NCBI GenBank assembly: GCA_021786825.1
Contig: JAJYMS010000178.1
Coordinates: 4,570-28,569, forward strand
DNA: 24,000 nt
Source: Bacillota bacterium
GTDB lineage: Bacteria; Bacillota; Sulfobacillia; JAMDAP01; JAJYMS01
Direction of reading: 5' to 3'
In this document: positions 7,286 through 15,435 of the stretch, piece by piece
How positions within the stretch are numbered: position 1 is the stretch's first letter
Layout: each line of letters opens with the position of its first letter
Made by a program: the position numbers and the translations under genes
The notes under the pieces: model-generated
The model's input: only the letters and a program-made list of their open reading frames with translations
Database searches by the model: none
Told to the model about the DNA's origin: nothing

Positions 7286-7314
7286 TTTATGCGGCCGCTG
7301 ATGAGCGGTATAAT
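7286..7314 (+). promoter_or_regulatory. Putative promoter inside the N-terminal extension of the proline dehydrogenase ORF
   Basis: TTTATG (7286-7291), a 17-nt spacer, then a perfect TATAAT (7309-7314). If functional, it favours the TTG 7370 start for the downstream gene. Confidence 0.3.
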
Positions 7315-7369
7315 GAGCTTTGGTACCGATTATGTCACTGAAAGTCTTCGGAAGGAGCGCCCCCGTACT

Positions 7370-8293
7370 TTGACGACCGCCAACCTCGGCCGAACCATCG
7401 TCTTATCCCTCGCCGGCAACCGCGCCGTTTCGAACCTGGTTTCCCGTTACGGGTTCAAGCTCGGGGCGCGGCGCTTCGTGGCCGGAGACAGCCTTGCCGA
7501 CGCCATCGCGGCGGCCGGGGAGCTGAACCGGGCCGGGATTGCGGTGACCCTCGACCACCTGGGCGAACTTGTCGCTGAGCCGGAGGAAGCCGTTAACGCC
7601 GCCACCGAGGGCGTGGCGGTCCTGGACGCCATCGCTCAATCCGGGGTCGATTCCAACCTATCCTTGAAGTTGACCCAGTTGGGGTTGGACATCGACCCTG
7701 AACTGTGCTGGCGCAATCTCCGGCGCGTGGTGAGCCGCGCCGCCGAACTGCACAACTTCGTGCGCATCGACATGGAAGACTCCTCCCGCGTACCGGCAAC
7801 GATTGAAATCTTCAAGCGGCTCCGGGCCGAGTACTCCAACGTCGGCCTAGTGCTGCAGTCGTACCTGTACCGCAGCGAAGCCGACCAGCGGGAACTGGCC
7901 GCCCTGAAGGCCAATCTCCGGGTCGTGAAGGGCGCCTACCGGGAGCCGAAGGAGGTCGCCTACCCCGGCAAGGCGGACGTCGACGCCAACTACCTGCGGC
8001 TGGTCAAGGCCCACCTGCGGGCCGGGAACTACACGGCGGTGGCTACCCACGATGAGAAGCTGATCGGCGAGGCGATCCGGTTCGCCGAGGAGGCCCGGAT
8101 CCCCCTGGACCGCTTCGAGTTCCAGATGCTGTTCGGGATCCGCAAGGGGCTGCAGCGGAGCCTGGCCGAGCGCGGCTTCAAGGTCAGGGTGTACGTTCCC
8201 TACGGCCGGCAGTGGTACCCCTACTTCATGCGGCGCCTGGCGGAGCGGCCGGCCAATATCCTTTTCGTGTTGCGCAACCTGCTGCGCGCGTAG
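7370..8293 (+). CDS. Monofunctional proline dehydrogenase (PutB/PutA-PRODH domain family)
   Basis: Motifs LGARRFVAGD, VTLDHLGE, LRVVKGAYREP, TAVATHDE, and FEFQMLFGIR...VRVYVPYG..WYPYFMRRLAERPAN match my recollection of Bacillus PutB almost collinearly. TTG 7370 (GAAGGAG at 7351-7357) gives a product of about 307 aa, like homologs. The longest ORF starts at GTG 7256 (GAGGGG 10 nt upstream) and cannot be excluded. Confidence 0.8.
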   Translation: MTTANLGRTIVLSLAGNRAVSNLVSRYGFKLGARRFVAGDSLADAIAAAGELNRAGIAVTLDHLGELVAEPEEAVNAATEGVAVLDAIAQSGVDSNLSLKLTQLGLDIDPELCWRNLRRVVSRAAELHNFVRIDMEDSSRVPATIEIFKRLRAEYSNVGLVLQSYLYRSEADQRELAALKANLRVVKGAYREPKEVAYPGKADVDANYLRLVKAHLRAGNYTAVATHDEKLIGEAIRFAEEARIPLDRFEFQMLFGIRKGLQRSLAERGFKVRVYVPYGRQWYPYFMRRLAERPANILFVLRNLLRA

Positions 8294-8335
8294 CGGCGCA
8301 TCGCTGGCACATCGCGGAATCTGGCCAGAAAGTCG

Positions 8336-9376
8336 GTGAAGCACATGAGTGGCAAGATCCTTCCGGTGCAGGACGAGTTGGGGTTCTTCGAACTGCGTCT
8401 GGAGTCCATCGGCGGGCTGGGCGCGCACCTGGCCGGCAAGATCCTGGCCGAGGCGGGGGTGCTGGGGCAGGGGCTCAACGGCGCTCACTTTTCCTCGTAC
8501 GGCTCGGAGAAGAAGGGGACGCCGGTAAAGTCCTTCGTCCGCCTCGCCGACCCGGACCGGGAGGTCCGGAGCGCCAGCCCGGTGCTCCGGCCCCACGTGG
8601 TGGCCGTCTTTCACGCGGCCCTGATCCGCACCGAGGACGTGACGCGCGGGCTGCGGGAGGGCGGGACGATCCTGGTCAACACGCCGCTTTCCCCGGCGGC
8701 GACGCGCGAGCGCCTCGGCGTCGATGGCGTGACCGTGGGGGTCGTGGACGCCCTGGGCATCGCGGTGGAGGAGAAGACGCGGGTCAACACGGCGATGCTG
8801 GGGGCCATCGCCCGGGTGTGCGGCTTTCTCTCGACGGAAATCCTGCGGGACTCGATCCGGAAGACCTTTGAGCACAAGTACCCGCAGTTGGTGCAGGCCA
8901 ACCTGCGCACCTTTGACCGGGGCTACCAGGAGGTGCGGCTGGAGACCTTCCCGGACCGCCAGGGGGCCGCGGGCGGCCCGGCCGGGGCCGGTGGCGACGC
9001 CCGGACCGGGGGAGGACCGCTTTACGGGTACGCGACCCAGGCCTCCGGTGGCGCGTTGTCGGACCTCGGCAGCACCGCGCGCAAGGACCTGAGCGCTTCG
9101 CGGCAAGGCTTCTTGCCCGAGTTCATCCGGGAGAAGTGCATCGATTGCGGCCAGTGCGACCTGGTCTGCCCCGACTTTTGCTTTGTGTGGACCGAAGGGC
9201 GGGACAAGAAAGGGCGCCCCGCGATGGTCCTGGAGGGGATCGACTACCAGTATTGCAAGGGGTGCTTGAAGTGCGTGGAGGCCTGCCCCACCGACGCTCT
9301 CGCGGACCTGCGGGAGGCGGAGGGGTACGCCGCGGCCCACCGGGTGCCCCATCGGTTTTCGGCGAAAGAGGGGTGA
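8336..9376 (+). CDS. 2-oxoacid:ferredoxin oxidoreductase, fused gamma and delta (2x[4Fe-4S] ferredoxin) subunit
   Basis: The N-terminal half looks like POR/VOR gamma (LRLESIGGLGAHLAGKILAEAG...HFSSYGSEKKGTPVKSFVRL). A Gly/Ala-rich linker follows. The C-terminus carries two ferredoxin motifs, CIDCGQCDLVCP and CKGCLKCVEACP. Start is GTG 8336 or ATG 8345. Confidence 0.85.
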   Translation: MKHMSGKILPVQDELGFFELRLESIGGLGAHLAGKILAEAGVLGQGLNGAHFSSYGSEKKGTPVKSFVRLADPDREVRSASPVLRPHVVAVFHAALIRTEDVTRGLREGGTILVNTPLSPAATRERLGVDGVTVGVVDALGIAVEEKTRVNTAMLGAIARVCGFLSTEILRDSIRKTFEHKYPQLVQANLRTFDRGYQEVRLETFPDRQGAAGGPAGAGGDARTGGGPLYGYATQASGGALSDLGSTARKDLSASRQGFLPEFIREKCIDCGQCDLVCPDFCFVWTEGRDKKGRPAMVLEGIDYQYCKGCLKCVEACPTDALADLREAEGYAAAHRVPHRFSAKEG

Positions 9377-9382
9377 AGGACG

Positions 9383-11635
9383 ATGGCCAATCAGAAGGTT
9401 GACCTGATGACCGGCAACGAGATGGCCGCCCTGGCGGTGGCCCAGATCAATTACCACGTGATGGGCTACTATCCCATCACCCCGTCGACCGAGGTGGCCG
9501 AGTTCCTGGACGAGATGGGAGCGGAGGGGGAGCACACCGTCCGGATGATCCCGGCGGACGGTGAACACGGCGCCGCGGGCATCTGCTACGGCGCGGCGGC
9601 GGGCGGGGGTCGCGTCACCAACGCGACCAGCGCCAACGGCCTGCTGTACTCCATCGAGCAGCTTCCCGTACAGTCGGGGACCCGCTTGCCGATGGTCCTG
9701 AACCTGGTCACCCGCTCGGTGAGCGGCCCGCTGGACATCCGCGGGGACCACTCGGACCTTTACTTTACGCTCAACACCGGCTGGGTAATCCTGCTCGCGC
9801 GCGACCCGCAGGCCGTTTACGACTTGAACGTGATGGCCCTGCGGATCGGCGAGCACCCGGATGTTCGCCTGCCGGTGATCGTGGCCTACGACGGGTTCTT
9901 CACCAGCCACCAGAAGCGGCGGGTGCGCTACTTCGAGGCGGCCCAGGCCGTGCGGGACTTCCTGGGACCGGTGCCCGCGGGCCCGCACGCCCTTGATCCC
10001 CGCCACCCCGTCACCATCGGGCCCTACATGAACGACCCGGACCTGATCAACAACAAGTACCAGTTGAAACTCGCCATGGACGCGGCTTACCGCGTGATCC
10101 CGGAGGTCTTTGCCGCCTACGCCAGGCTTTCCGGCCGCTACTACCCGCTGGTGGACCTGTACCGGATGGAGGACGCCGAGGCGGCCATCGTGCTCCTGAA
10201 CTCGGCCGCCGAGACGGCCAAGGACGTGGCGGACCGCCTGCGGGCCCAGGGTGTGCGGGTGGGGATCGTCAGCCCCAACGTCTTGCGTCCCTTCCCCGCC
10301 GACGAAATCCGCCGGGCCCTGCGCGGGGTGAAGGCGGTGCTGATCGGCGAACGCGCCGACTCCTACGGCGGCCATGGCGGCAACCTGAGCCACGAGGTCA
10401 AGGCCGCCCTGAAGGACGATCCCGAGAACCGCACCCTCTGCCTGACCCGCATCTACGGGCTGGGCGGCAAGGACTTCCTGGCGAGCGACGCCGAGGCCTT
10501 TTTCGCCGAGGCGCTACAGGCCGCCGCAACCGGCACCGTCGTCGCGGCCTACGATTACCACGGCGTCACCCCCGGCGACCCCGGCCGGGCGCCGCCCCCG
10601 GTGATGGCCCCTTTGTCGCGGGAAGAAACGTCCGGCCTGGTCAAGGCGGAGCAGGATCCCGTCACCGGGGAAATCAAGGTCAAGGTGCCGCCTCCCCGCG
10701 AGCTCATGGCCCGTCCGAAACGCCTCGCCCCCGGTCACGGCGCCTGCCCTGGTTGCGGCATCTTCGGGGCTCTGGACCAGTTCTTCAAGGGCCTTGAGGG
10801 AGACGTCGTGGTGCTTTACCAGACCGGCTGCGCCATGGTGGTCACCACCGGCTATCCCTACACGGCTCACCGCGTGACCTATCTTCATAACCTTTTCCAG
10901 AACGGCGCCGCGACCCTCTCGGGCCTGGTGGAGATGTTTCACGAGCGGCAGCGCCGGGGCGAGTTGCCCGCGGACGAGGACATCACCTTCGTGATGGTCA
11001 CCGGCGACGGTGGCATGGACATCGGCATGGGGCCGGCCATCGGCACCGCCTTGCGCAACCACCGGCTGATCATCGTGGAGTACGACAACGAAGGCTACAT
11101 GAACACCGGCAGCCAGCTCAGCTACTCCACTCCGCTGGGGCACGCCACCAGCACCAGCCACGTCGGTCCGGCGGCCTCGGGCAAGACCTTCCACCACAAG
11201 GACACGGCGCAGATCATGGCGGCCACCAACATCCCCTACGTCTTCACCGGGGTCGAGGCATTCACCAACGACCTGGTGCGCAAGGCCGCCAAGGCGCAGT
11301 GGTACGCCAAGCACGAAGGGCTCGTCTACGGCAAGCTGCTGATCACCTGCCCGCTGAACTGGCGGAGCGAGGAACGGCTGGGAACCCGGGTCGTGGAGGC
11401 GGCGGTGAACAGTTGCTTCTTCCCGCTGTACGAGGTGGCAGGCGGCAAGACCAAAATCACCCACAACCCGGAGGAGAGGGGCAAGCGCGTGCCCGCGAGC
11501 GAGTGGCTCAAGCTGATGGGCAAGACCCGGCACCTGCTCAAACCCGAGTACGCCGAGGAGTTAAAGGCCTTTGAGGCCGAGGTGGAACGGCGCTGGGCGA
11601 GGCTCAAGGCCAGGCACGAGCACCCACTGTTGTAA
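9383..11635 (+). CDS. 2-oxoacid:ferredoxin oxidoreductase, fused alpha and beta (TPP-binding) subunit
   Basis: The N-terminus is PorA-like (TGNEMAALAVAQINYHVMGYYPITPSTEV). A Pro-rich linker lies around residues 380-440. The C-terminus is PorB-like (GHGACPGCGI, the TPP/Mg motif VTGDGGMDIGMG...YDNEGYMNTG). It is one uninterrupted 750-aa frame. The start is 7 nt after the gamma-delta stop. Confidence 0.85.
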   Translation: MANQKVDLMTGNEMAALAVAQINYHVMGYYPITPSTEVAEFLDEMGAEGEHTVRMIPADGEHGAAGICYGAAAGGGRVTNATSANGLLYSIEQLPVQSGTRLPMVLNLVTRSVSGPLDIRGDHSDLYFTLNTGWVILLARDPQAVYDLNVMALRIGEHPDVRLPVIVAYDGFFTSHQKRRVRYFEAAQAVRDFLGPVPAGPHALDPRHPVTIGPYMNDPDLINNKYQLKLAMDAAYRVIPEVFAAYARLSGRYYPLVDLYRMEDAEAAIVLLNSAAETAKDVADRLRAQGVRVGIVSPNVLRPFPADEIRRALRGVKAVLIGERADSYGGHGGNLSHEVKAALKDDPENRTLCLTRIYGLGGKDFLASDAEAFFAEALQAAATGTVVAAYDYHGVTPGDPGRAPPPVMAPLSREETSGLVKAEQDPVTGEIKVKVPPPRELMARPKRLAPGHGACPGCGIFGALDQFFKGLEGDVVVLYQTGCAMVVTTGYPYTAHRVTYLHNLFQNGAATLSGLVEMFHERQRRGELPADEDITFVMVTGDGGMDIGMGPAIGTALRNHRLIIVEYDNEGYMNTGSQLSYSTPLGHATSTSHVGPAASGKTFHHKDTAQIMAATNIPYVFTGVEAFTNDLVRKAAKAQWYAKHEGLVYGKLLITCPLNWRSEERLGTRVVEAAVNSCFFPLYEVAGGKTKITHNPEERGKRVPASEWLKLMGKTRHLLKPEYAEELKAFEAEVERRWARLKARHEHPLL

Positions 11636-11678
11636 GGTGCGCAAGCATACAACGGCGGGTGAAAGGGAGGTTCATGGG

Positions 11679-12236
11679 TTGAGATGCCCGTGGTGTGGCG
11701 ACGACGAATTGTACATGAGATATCACGACGAGGAATGGGGAGTTCCCGTTCATGATGATGAAAGGCATTTCGAGTTTCTGGTGCTGGAGTCCGCTCAGGC
11801 CGGGTTGAACTGGATCACGATATTGAGAAAGCGGGAGAACTACCGGGCAGCCTATGAGGGTTTCGACCCCACCGGAGTATCCGGGTTCACGGAAGTAAAG
11901 CTGGGCGAACTCCTGCACAATCCGGGGATCGTGAGAAACAGAAAGAAGATCGAGGCGTCCATCAACAACGCCCGGCGGTTCCTGCAAATTCAGCAGGAAT
12001 TCGGCAGCTTTGATGAGTACATCTGGAGATACGTCAATCACCGGCCGGTGATCAACTCCTGGGCGAGCATTGCAGAAGTACCGGCGAGAACGGGCCTCTC
12101 GGAGGCCATCAGTGAGGACTTGATCAAAAGGGGTTTCAAGTTCGTCGGGCCGACCATTATCTATGCTCACTTGCAGGCCGTTGGAATGGTGAACGACCAC
12201 CTGGTGTCCTGTTTCCGGCACGGGCAATTGACGTGA
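11679..12236 (+). CDS. tag: DNA-3-methyladenine glycosylase I
   Basis: RCPWCGDDELYMRYHDEEWGVPVHDDERHFEFLVLESAQAGLNWITILRKRENYR and FKFVGPTIIYAHLQAVGMVNDH are collinear with E. coli Tag as I recall it. TTG 11679 lies 9 nt after AAGGGAGG (11662-11669) and matches the homolog N-terminus (M-x-RC-x-W). The track start at 11571 would overlap the OFOR gene. Confidence 0.9.
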   Translation: MRCPWCGDDELYMRYHDEEWGVPVHDDERHFEFLVLESAQAGLNWITILRKRENYRAAYEGFDPTGVSGFTEVKLGELLHNPGIVRNRKKIEASINNARRFLQIQQEFGSFDEYIWRYVNHRPVINSWASIAEVPARTGLSEAISEDLIKRGFKFVGPTIIYAHLQAVGMVNDHLVSCFRHGQLT

Positions 12237-13216
12237 ATGCGGAGGGGGCCCGGCGCGAGAAAAATCCGGTTGTGCGGCTCCGGTTGGGGCTGGCCCCCGC
12301 GGTCTTGCTGCTCGCTGCCTTGTTGCTGTCCGGCTGTGCGCGGGCGGCCGGGTTCAGGCAGGTGAGCCTTCATGCCCGGCTGGAAGCGGGCCCACCTGGG
12401 GGTGAAGACGCCCCGGCCCAGGGCAAAGGTCAAAGCCCCCCCTTGCGGGTCGCTATCGCCAACGTTTACTCCCCCAAGGCGAACGTCAAGAACTACCAGC
12501 CGCTCGTCGACTACCTGGGGCAAAAGCTGGGGCGCCCCGCGGAGATGGTCCAGCGCTCCACCTACGCCGAGGTCAACGACCTGGTCCGGTCGGGTTACGT
12601 CGACCTGGCCTTCGTGTGCACCTACGCCTACGTCGAGGGGCAGAAACAGTTCGGGATGGAGGCCATCGCCGCCCCGCGGGTAAATGGGCAGGATGTATAC
12701 TACTCATACATTATCGTCCCCGGCGATAGTCCCGTTCGCTCCCTGGCCGACCTGCGTGGGAGGACCTTTGCCTTTACCGATCCCCTGTCCAACACCGGGC
12801 GTCTGGTACCGGAAACGCTGTTGATGAGGCTGGGGGAAAGCCCTGATTCCTTTTTTAAGAAATACGTGTTCACCTATAGCCACGACCGCTCCATTCAAGC
12901 GGTGGCCGATCACCTGATCGACGCGGCGGCGGTCGACAGCCTGGTCTATAATTTTGCGGTCAAGGACGATCCCCGGTTGAAGGCCGCCACCCACGTGATC
13001 GACCGCTCCGAGCCCTTCGGGACGCCGCCGGCGGTGGTCAACCCGCGTCTGGACCCGGCGGAGAAGCAGAGGTTGACGGAGGTGCTCCTGGAGATGAGCC
13101 AGGACCCGCAGGGGCGAAAAATCCTGACTCCCTTGATGATCGACGCCTTCGTTGCCCCCGATGATCACGCCTACGACTCGATTCGCCGGATGGCCCAAGA
13201 GGTGAGCCTACCGTGA
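12233..13216 (+). CDS. PhnD-like (phosphonate-binding fold) periplasmic-type substrate-binding lipoprotein, probable sensor accessory
   Basis: Signal peptide with lipobox LLSGC. PhnD-family hallmarks: LRVAIANVYSP, YQPLVDYLGQKLGRP, VDLAFV, FAFTDPLSNTGRLVP. The GTG start overlaps the tag stop (GTGA). Its own stop overlaps the kinase start (GTGA). Confidence 0.8.
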   Translation: MNAEGARREKNPVVRLRLGLAPAVLLLAALLLSGCARAAGFRQVSLHARLEAGPPGGEDAPAQGKGQSPPLRVAIANVYSPKANVKNYQPLVDYLGQKLGRPAEMVQRSTYAEVNDLVRSGYVDLAFVCTYAYVEGQKQFGMEAIAAPRVNGQDVYYSYIIVPGDSPVRSLADLRGRTFAFTDPLSNTGRLVPETLLMRLGESPDSFFKKYVFTYSHDRSIQAVADHLIDAAAVDSLVYNFAVKDDPRLKAATHVIDRSEPFGTPPAVVNPRLDPAEKQRLTEVLLEMSQDPQGRKILTPLMIDAFVAPDDHAYDSIRRMAQEVSLP

Positions 13217-14679
13217 GGCGCCCGCGGGAGTTCTTCTGGGCGGTTTCCGACCGCGTGAGCCTTCGCCACAAGATCATGGGCATCGTCCTGGGCCTCGTAG
13301 TGTTGCTTGGGCTGGGGGTGACGCTGCAAATGCGTGCGCAGCTCTCGCTCACGATGCGCGATGAGCTGCAGAAGCGGGGGATTTCGATCGCCCGGGACGT
13401 GGCTGCCCGCAGTACGGACTACCTTCTCACCAATAACGATTTTGCCCTGCACAAGGTGGTGGTGGACGCCCTGCAACACAACGAGGACGTCCGCTATGTC
13501 TTGATCCTGGACACCAAGGGCCAGGTCGTGGCGCACTCCTTTGCCGCGGGCTTCCCCCGCGACCTGCTCCGCGCCAACGCGGTGGGAGCGGGGGAGCGCG
13601 ACCACGTTGAAATCCTGCAGACCGAGGAGGGCCTGATCTGGGACGTGGGGGTGCCCATTTTCGATGGGCGGGCGGGCACGGTCCGGGTCGGGCTGACGCA
13701 ACTCCAACTGCAACGCGCCCTGCAGGCCACTACCCGCCGGATGGCGGAAGCGGTGGCCATCGTTTCCCTGGTCGGCGTACTCGCCGCCTATGGATTGACG
13801 GCCATTCTGACCCGCCCCATCCTCGACCTGGTGCAGGTGAGCCGCGCGGTAGGACGAGGGGACCTGAGCCGCAAGGCCCGGTCCTCCTCCCAGGACGAAA
13901 TCGGGCAGTTGGTGGTCTCATTCAATGAAATGACCACCGCCCTGGAGCGGTCTCGCCACGAGGTGGCCGCCTTTAGCCGCCGCTTGATCGCGCAGAACGA
14001 GGAACGCCAGCGGCTGCTGGCCAGGGTCATTTCGGCCCAGGAGGATGAGCGCAAGCGCATTTCCCGCGAACTGCACGACGAAACAGGGCAGTCCTTGACC
14101 TCCCTGATGGTGGGGTTGAAAGTGGCCGAGGGGGCTGACACTCTGGAAGATGCCCGCCGCAGCTTGTCGCAACTTCGCACCCTCGCGGCGCGGACCCTCG
14201 AGGAGGTCCATCACCTGGCCCTGGAGCTTCGCCCGAGTGCCCTGGACGACCTCGGCCTGGTGGCGGCAATCAGGCGGTACGTGAAGGAATACAGCGCCCA
14301 GCATGGCATCACGGTGGACTGCGAAATCAACGGGTTCGAGGGTCAGCGATTGCCGCCCGAGGTGGAATCCACTGTTTACCGCATCATTCAGGAAGCCCTC
14401 ACCAACGTAGCCAAGCATGCTCAAGCCAGCAACGTGAGCGTGGTCATGGAGCACCGGGGCTCCAGGGTGGTGGCCATCGTGGAGGACGACGGGCGCGGTT
14501 TCGAGGTCGGTGAGCAGCCCGGCTCCCGGCCGCGGGAAGGACAGTTGGGCCTGTTCGGGATGCAAGAGCGCGCTTCGTTGGTGGAGGGCAAGATCGTGGT
14601 TGAGTCAAGTCCCGGCGCGGGGACGACGGTCTACATCGAGGTGCCGGTGAAGGCCGAGGAGGGAGTGGCGATGGCATGA
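13213..14679 (+). CDS. Membrane sensor histidine kinase (TM, ~150-aa extracytoplasmic domain, TM, HAMP, HisKA_3, HATPase_c)
   Basis: Two hydrophobic segments (IMGIVLGLVVLLGLGV and AVAIVSLVGVLAAYGLTAIL). HAMP region (RPILDLV...DEIGQLVVSFNEM). HisKA_3 H-box ERKRISRELHDETGQSLT. ATPase boxes (EALTNVAKHA, DDGRGF, GLFGMQERA, GAGTTV). Confidence 0.9.
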   Translation: MRRPREFFWAVSDRVSLRHKIMGIVLGLVVLLGLGVTLQMRAQLSLTMRDELQKRGISIARDVAARSTDYLLTNNDFALHKVVVDALQHNEDVRYVLILDTKGQVVAHSFAAGFPRDLLRANAVGAGERDHVEILQTEEGLIWDVGVPIFDGRAGTVRVGLTQLQLQRALQATTRRMAEAVAIVSLVGVLAAYGLTAILTRPILDLVQVSRAVGRGDLSRKARSSSQDEIGQLVVSFNEMTTALERSRHEVAAFSRRLIAQNEERQRLLARVISAQEDERKRISRELHDETGQSLTSLMVGLKVAEGADTLEDARRSLSQLRTLAARTLEEVHHLALELRPSALDDLGLVAAIRRYVKEYSAQHGITVDCEINGFEGQRLPPEVESTVYRIIQEALTNVAKHAQASNVSVVMEHRGSRVVAIVEDDGRGFEVGEQPGSRPREGQLGLFGMQERASLVEGKIVVESSPGAGTTVYIEVPVKAEEGVAMA

Positions 14680-15359
14680 CGCTGAAGCCAAAGGCTAAGA
14701 TCCGGGCGGTGCTGGCCGACGACCATACCGTGCTGCGTTCGGGGCTGAAGCTGCTGCTGGACGCCCAGCCCGACATCCAGGTGGTCGGCGAGGCCTCGCG
14801 TGGCGAAGAGGCGGTGGAGCGCGCCACGCAGTTATGTCCCGACATCGTGCTGATGGATCTGACTATGCCGGGGATGAACGGCCTGCAGGCGATCGCCGAG
14901 ATCAAGAAGCTGATGCCCGCCTGCCGGGTTCTGGTGCTGACCATGCATGACGACGAGGCTTACCTGCGCCAGTCGCTGGCTGCCGGCGCTTCCGGCTATA
15001 TCCTGAAACAGGCCGCCGACAGTGAACTGCTCTCAGCCCTGCGCGCGGTTTACCGCGGCGAGGTCTTCTTGCCGCCGGCCCTGACCAAGACTTTGGTCGA
15101 CAGCCTGGTCCGGCCTCCCGCCCGCCCGCCCGGCCGCCAGGCCGATGGCCTGAGTCCGCGCGAGACCGAGGTCTTGCGCCTGGTGGCGATGGGACATACC
15201 AACCAGGAGATCGCGGAACTCCTGGTCTTGAGCGTCAAGACGGTGGAAACCCACAAGGCCCGGATCATGGACAAGCTCCTCCTGCGGAGCCGTTCGGAAC
15301 TGGTGCGCTACGCTATCCGCGAAGGGTTGGTGACGATCGGCAAGGATCCGGACAGTTAG
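14676..15359 (+). CDS. NarL/LuxR-family two-component response regulator
   Basis: Receiver domain (VLADDH, DIVLMDLTMPGMNG, the conserved Lys region). A C-terminal LuxR-type HTH (LSPRETEVLRLVAMGHTNQEIAELLVLSVKTVETHKARIMDKL). An ATGA overlap with the kinase stop. Confidence 0.9.
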   Translation: MTLKPKAKIRAVLADDHTVLRSGLKLLLDAQPDIQVVGEASRGEEAVERATQLCPDIVLMDLTMPGMNGLQAIAEIKKLMPACRVLVLTMHDDEAYLRQSLAAGASGYILKQAADSELLSALRAVYRGEVFLPPALTKTLVDSLVRPPARPPGRQADGLSPRETEVLRLVAMGHTNQEIAELLVLSVKTVETHKARIMDKLLLRSRSELVRYAIREGLVTIGKDPDS

Positions 15360-15368
15360 CATAGTCAA

Positions 15369-15396
15369 GGGCGGCGAGCCGCCCTCGAAGTTTTTT
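15369..15396 (+). terminator. Stem-loop plus T6 tract after the response regulator gene
   Basis: GGGCGG (15369-15374), loop CGAG, CCGCCC (15379-15384), then TCGAAG and TTTTTT (15391-15396). The U-tract is offset by 6 nt from the stem. Confidence 0.45.
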
Positions 15397-15397
15397 C

Positions 15398-15426
15398 CCC
15401 TGGCGCAGAGCCGCCAGGGTCTTTTT
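15398..15426 (+). terminator. Rho-independent terminator (second of a tandem pair)
   Basis: CCCTGGCG (15398-15405), loop CAGAGC, CGCCAGGG (15412-15419), immediately followed by TCTTTTT (15420-15426). Confidence 0.7.
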
Positions 15427-15435
15427 GTGTGCCAT

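Noticed and set aside
7847-10393. 848-aa minus-strand ORF, the longest of many long antisense or alternate-frame ORFs. Others include 17675-19687, 16384-17853, 4883-6046, 1794-2870, 300-1274, 10514-11533, 6086-6820, 20742-21704 and 3006-3794.
   Set aside because: These are typical high-GC shadow ORFs. They are Arg/Gly/Pro/His/Ala-rich and low in complexity, with no recognisable motifs. Each lies opposite to, or out of frame with, a gene that has full-length family-level similarity and proper RBS/start signals.
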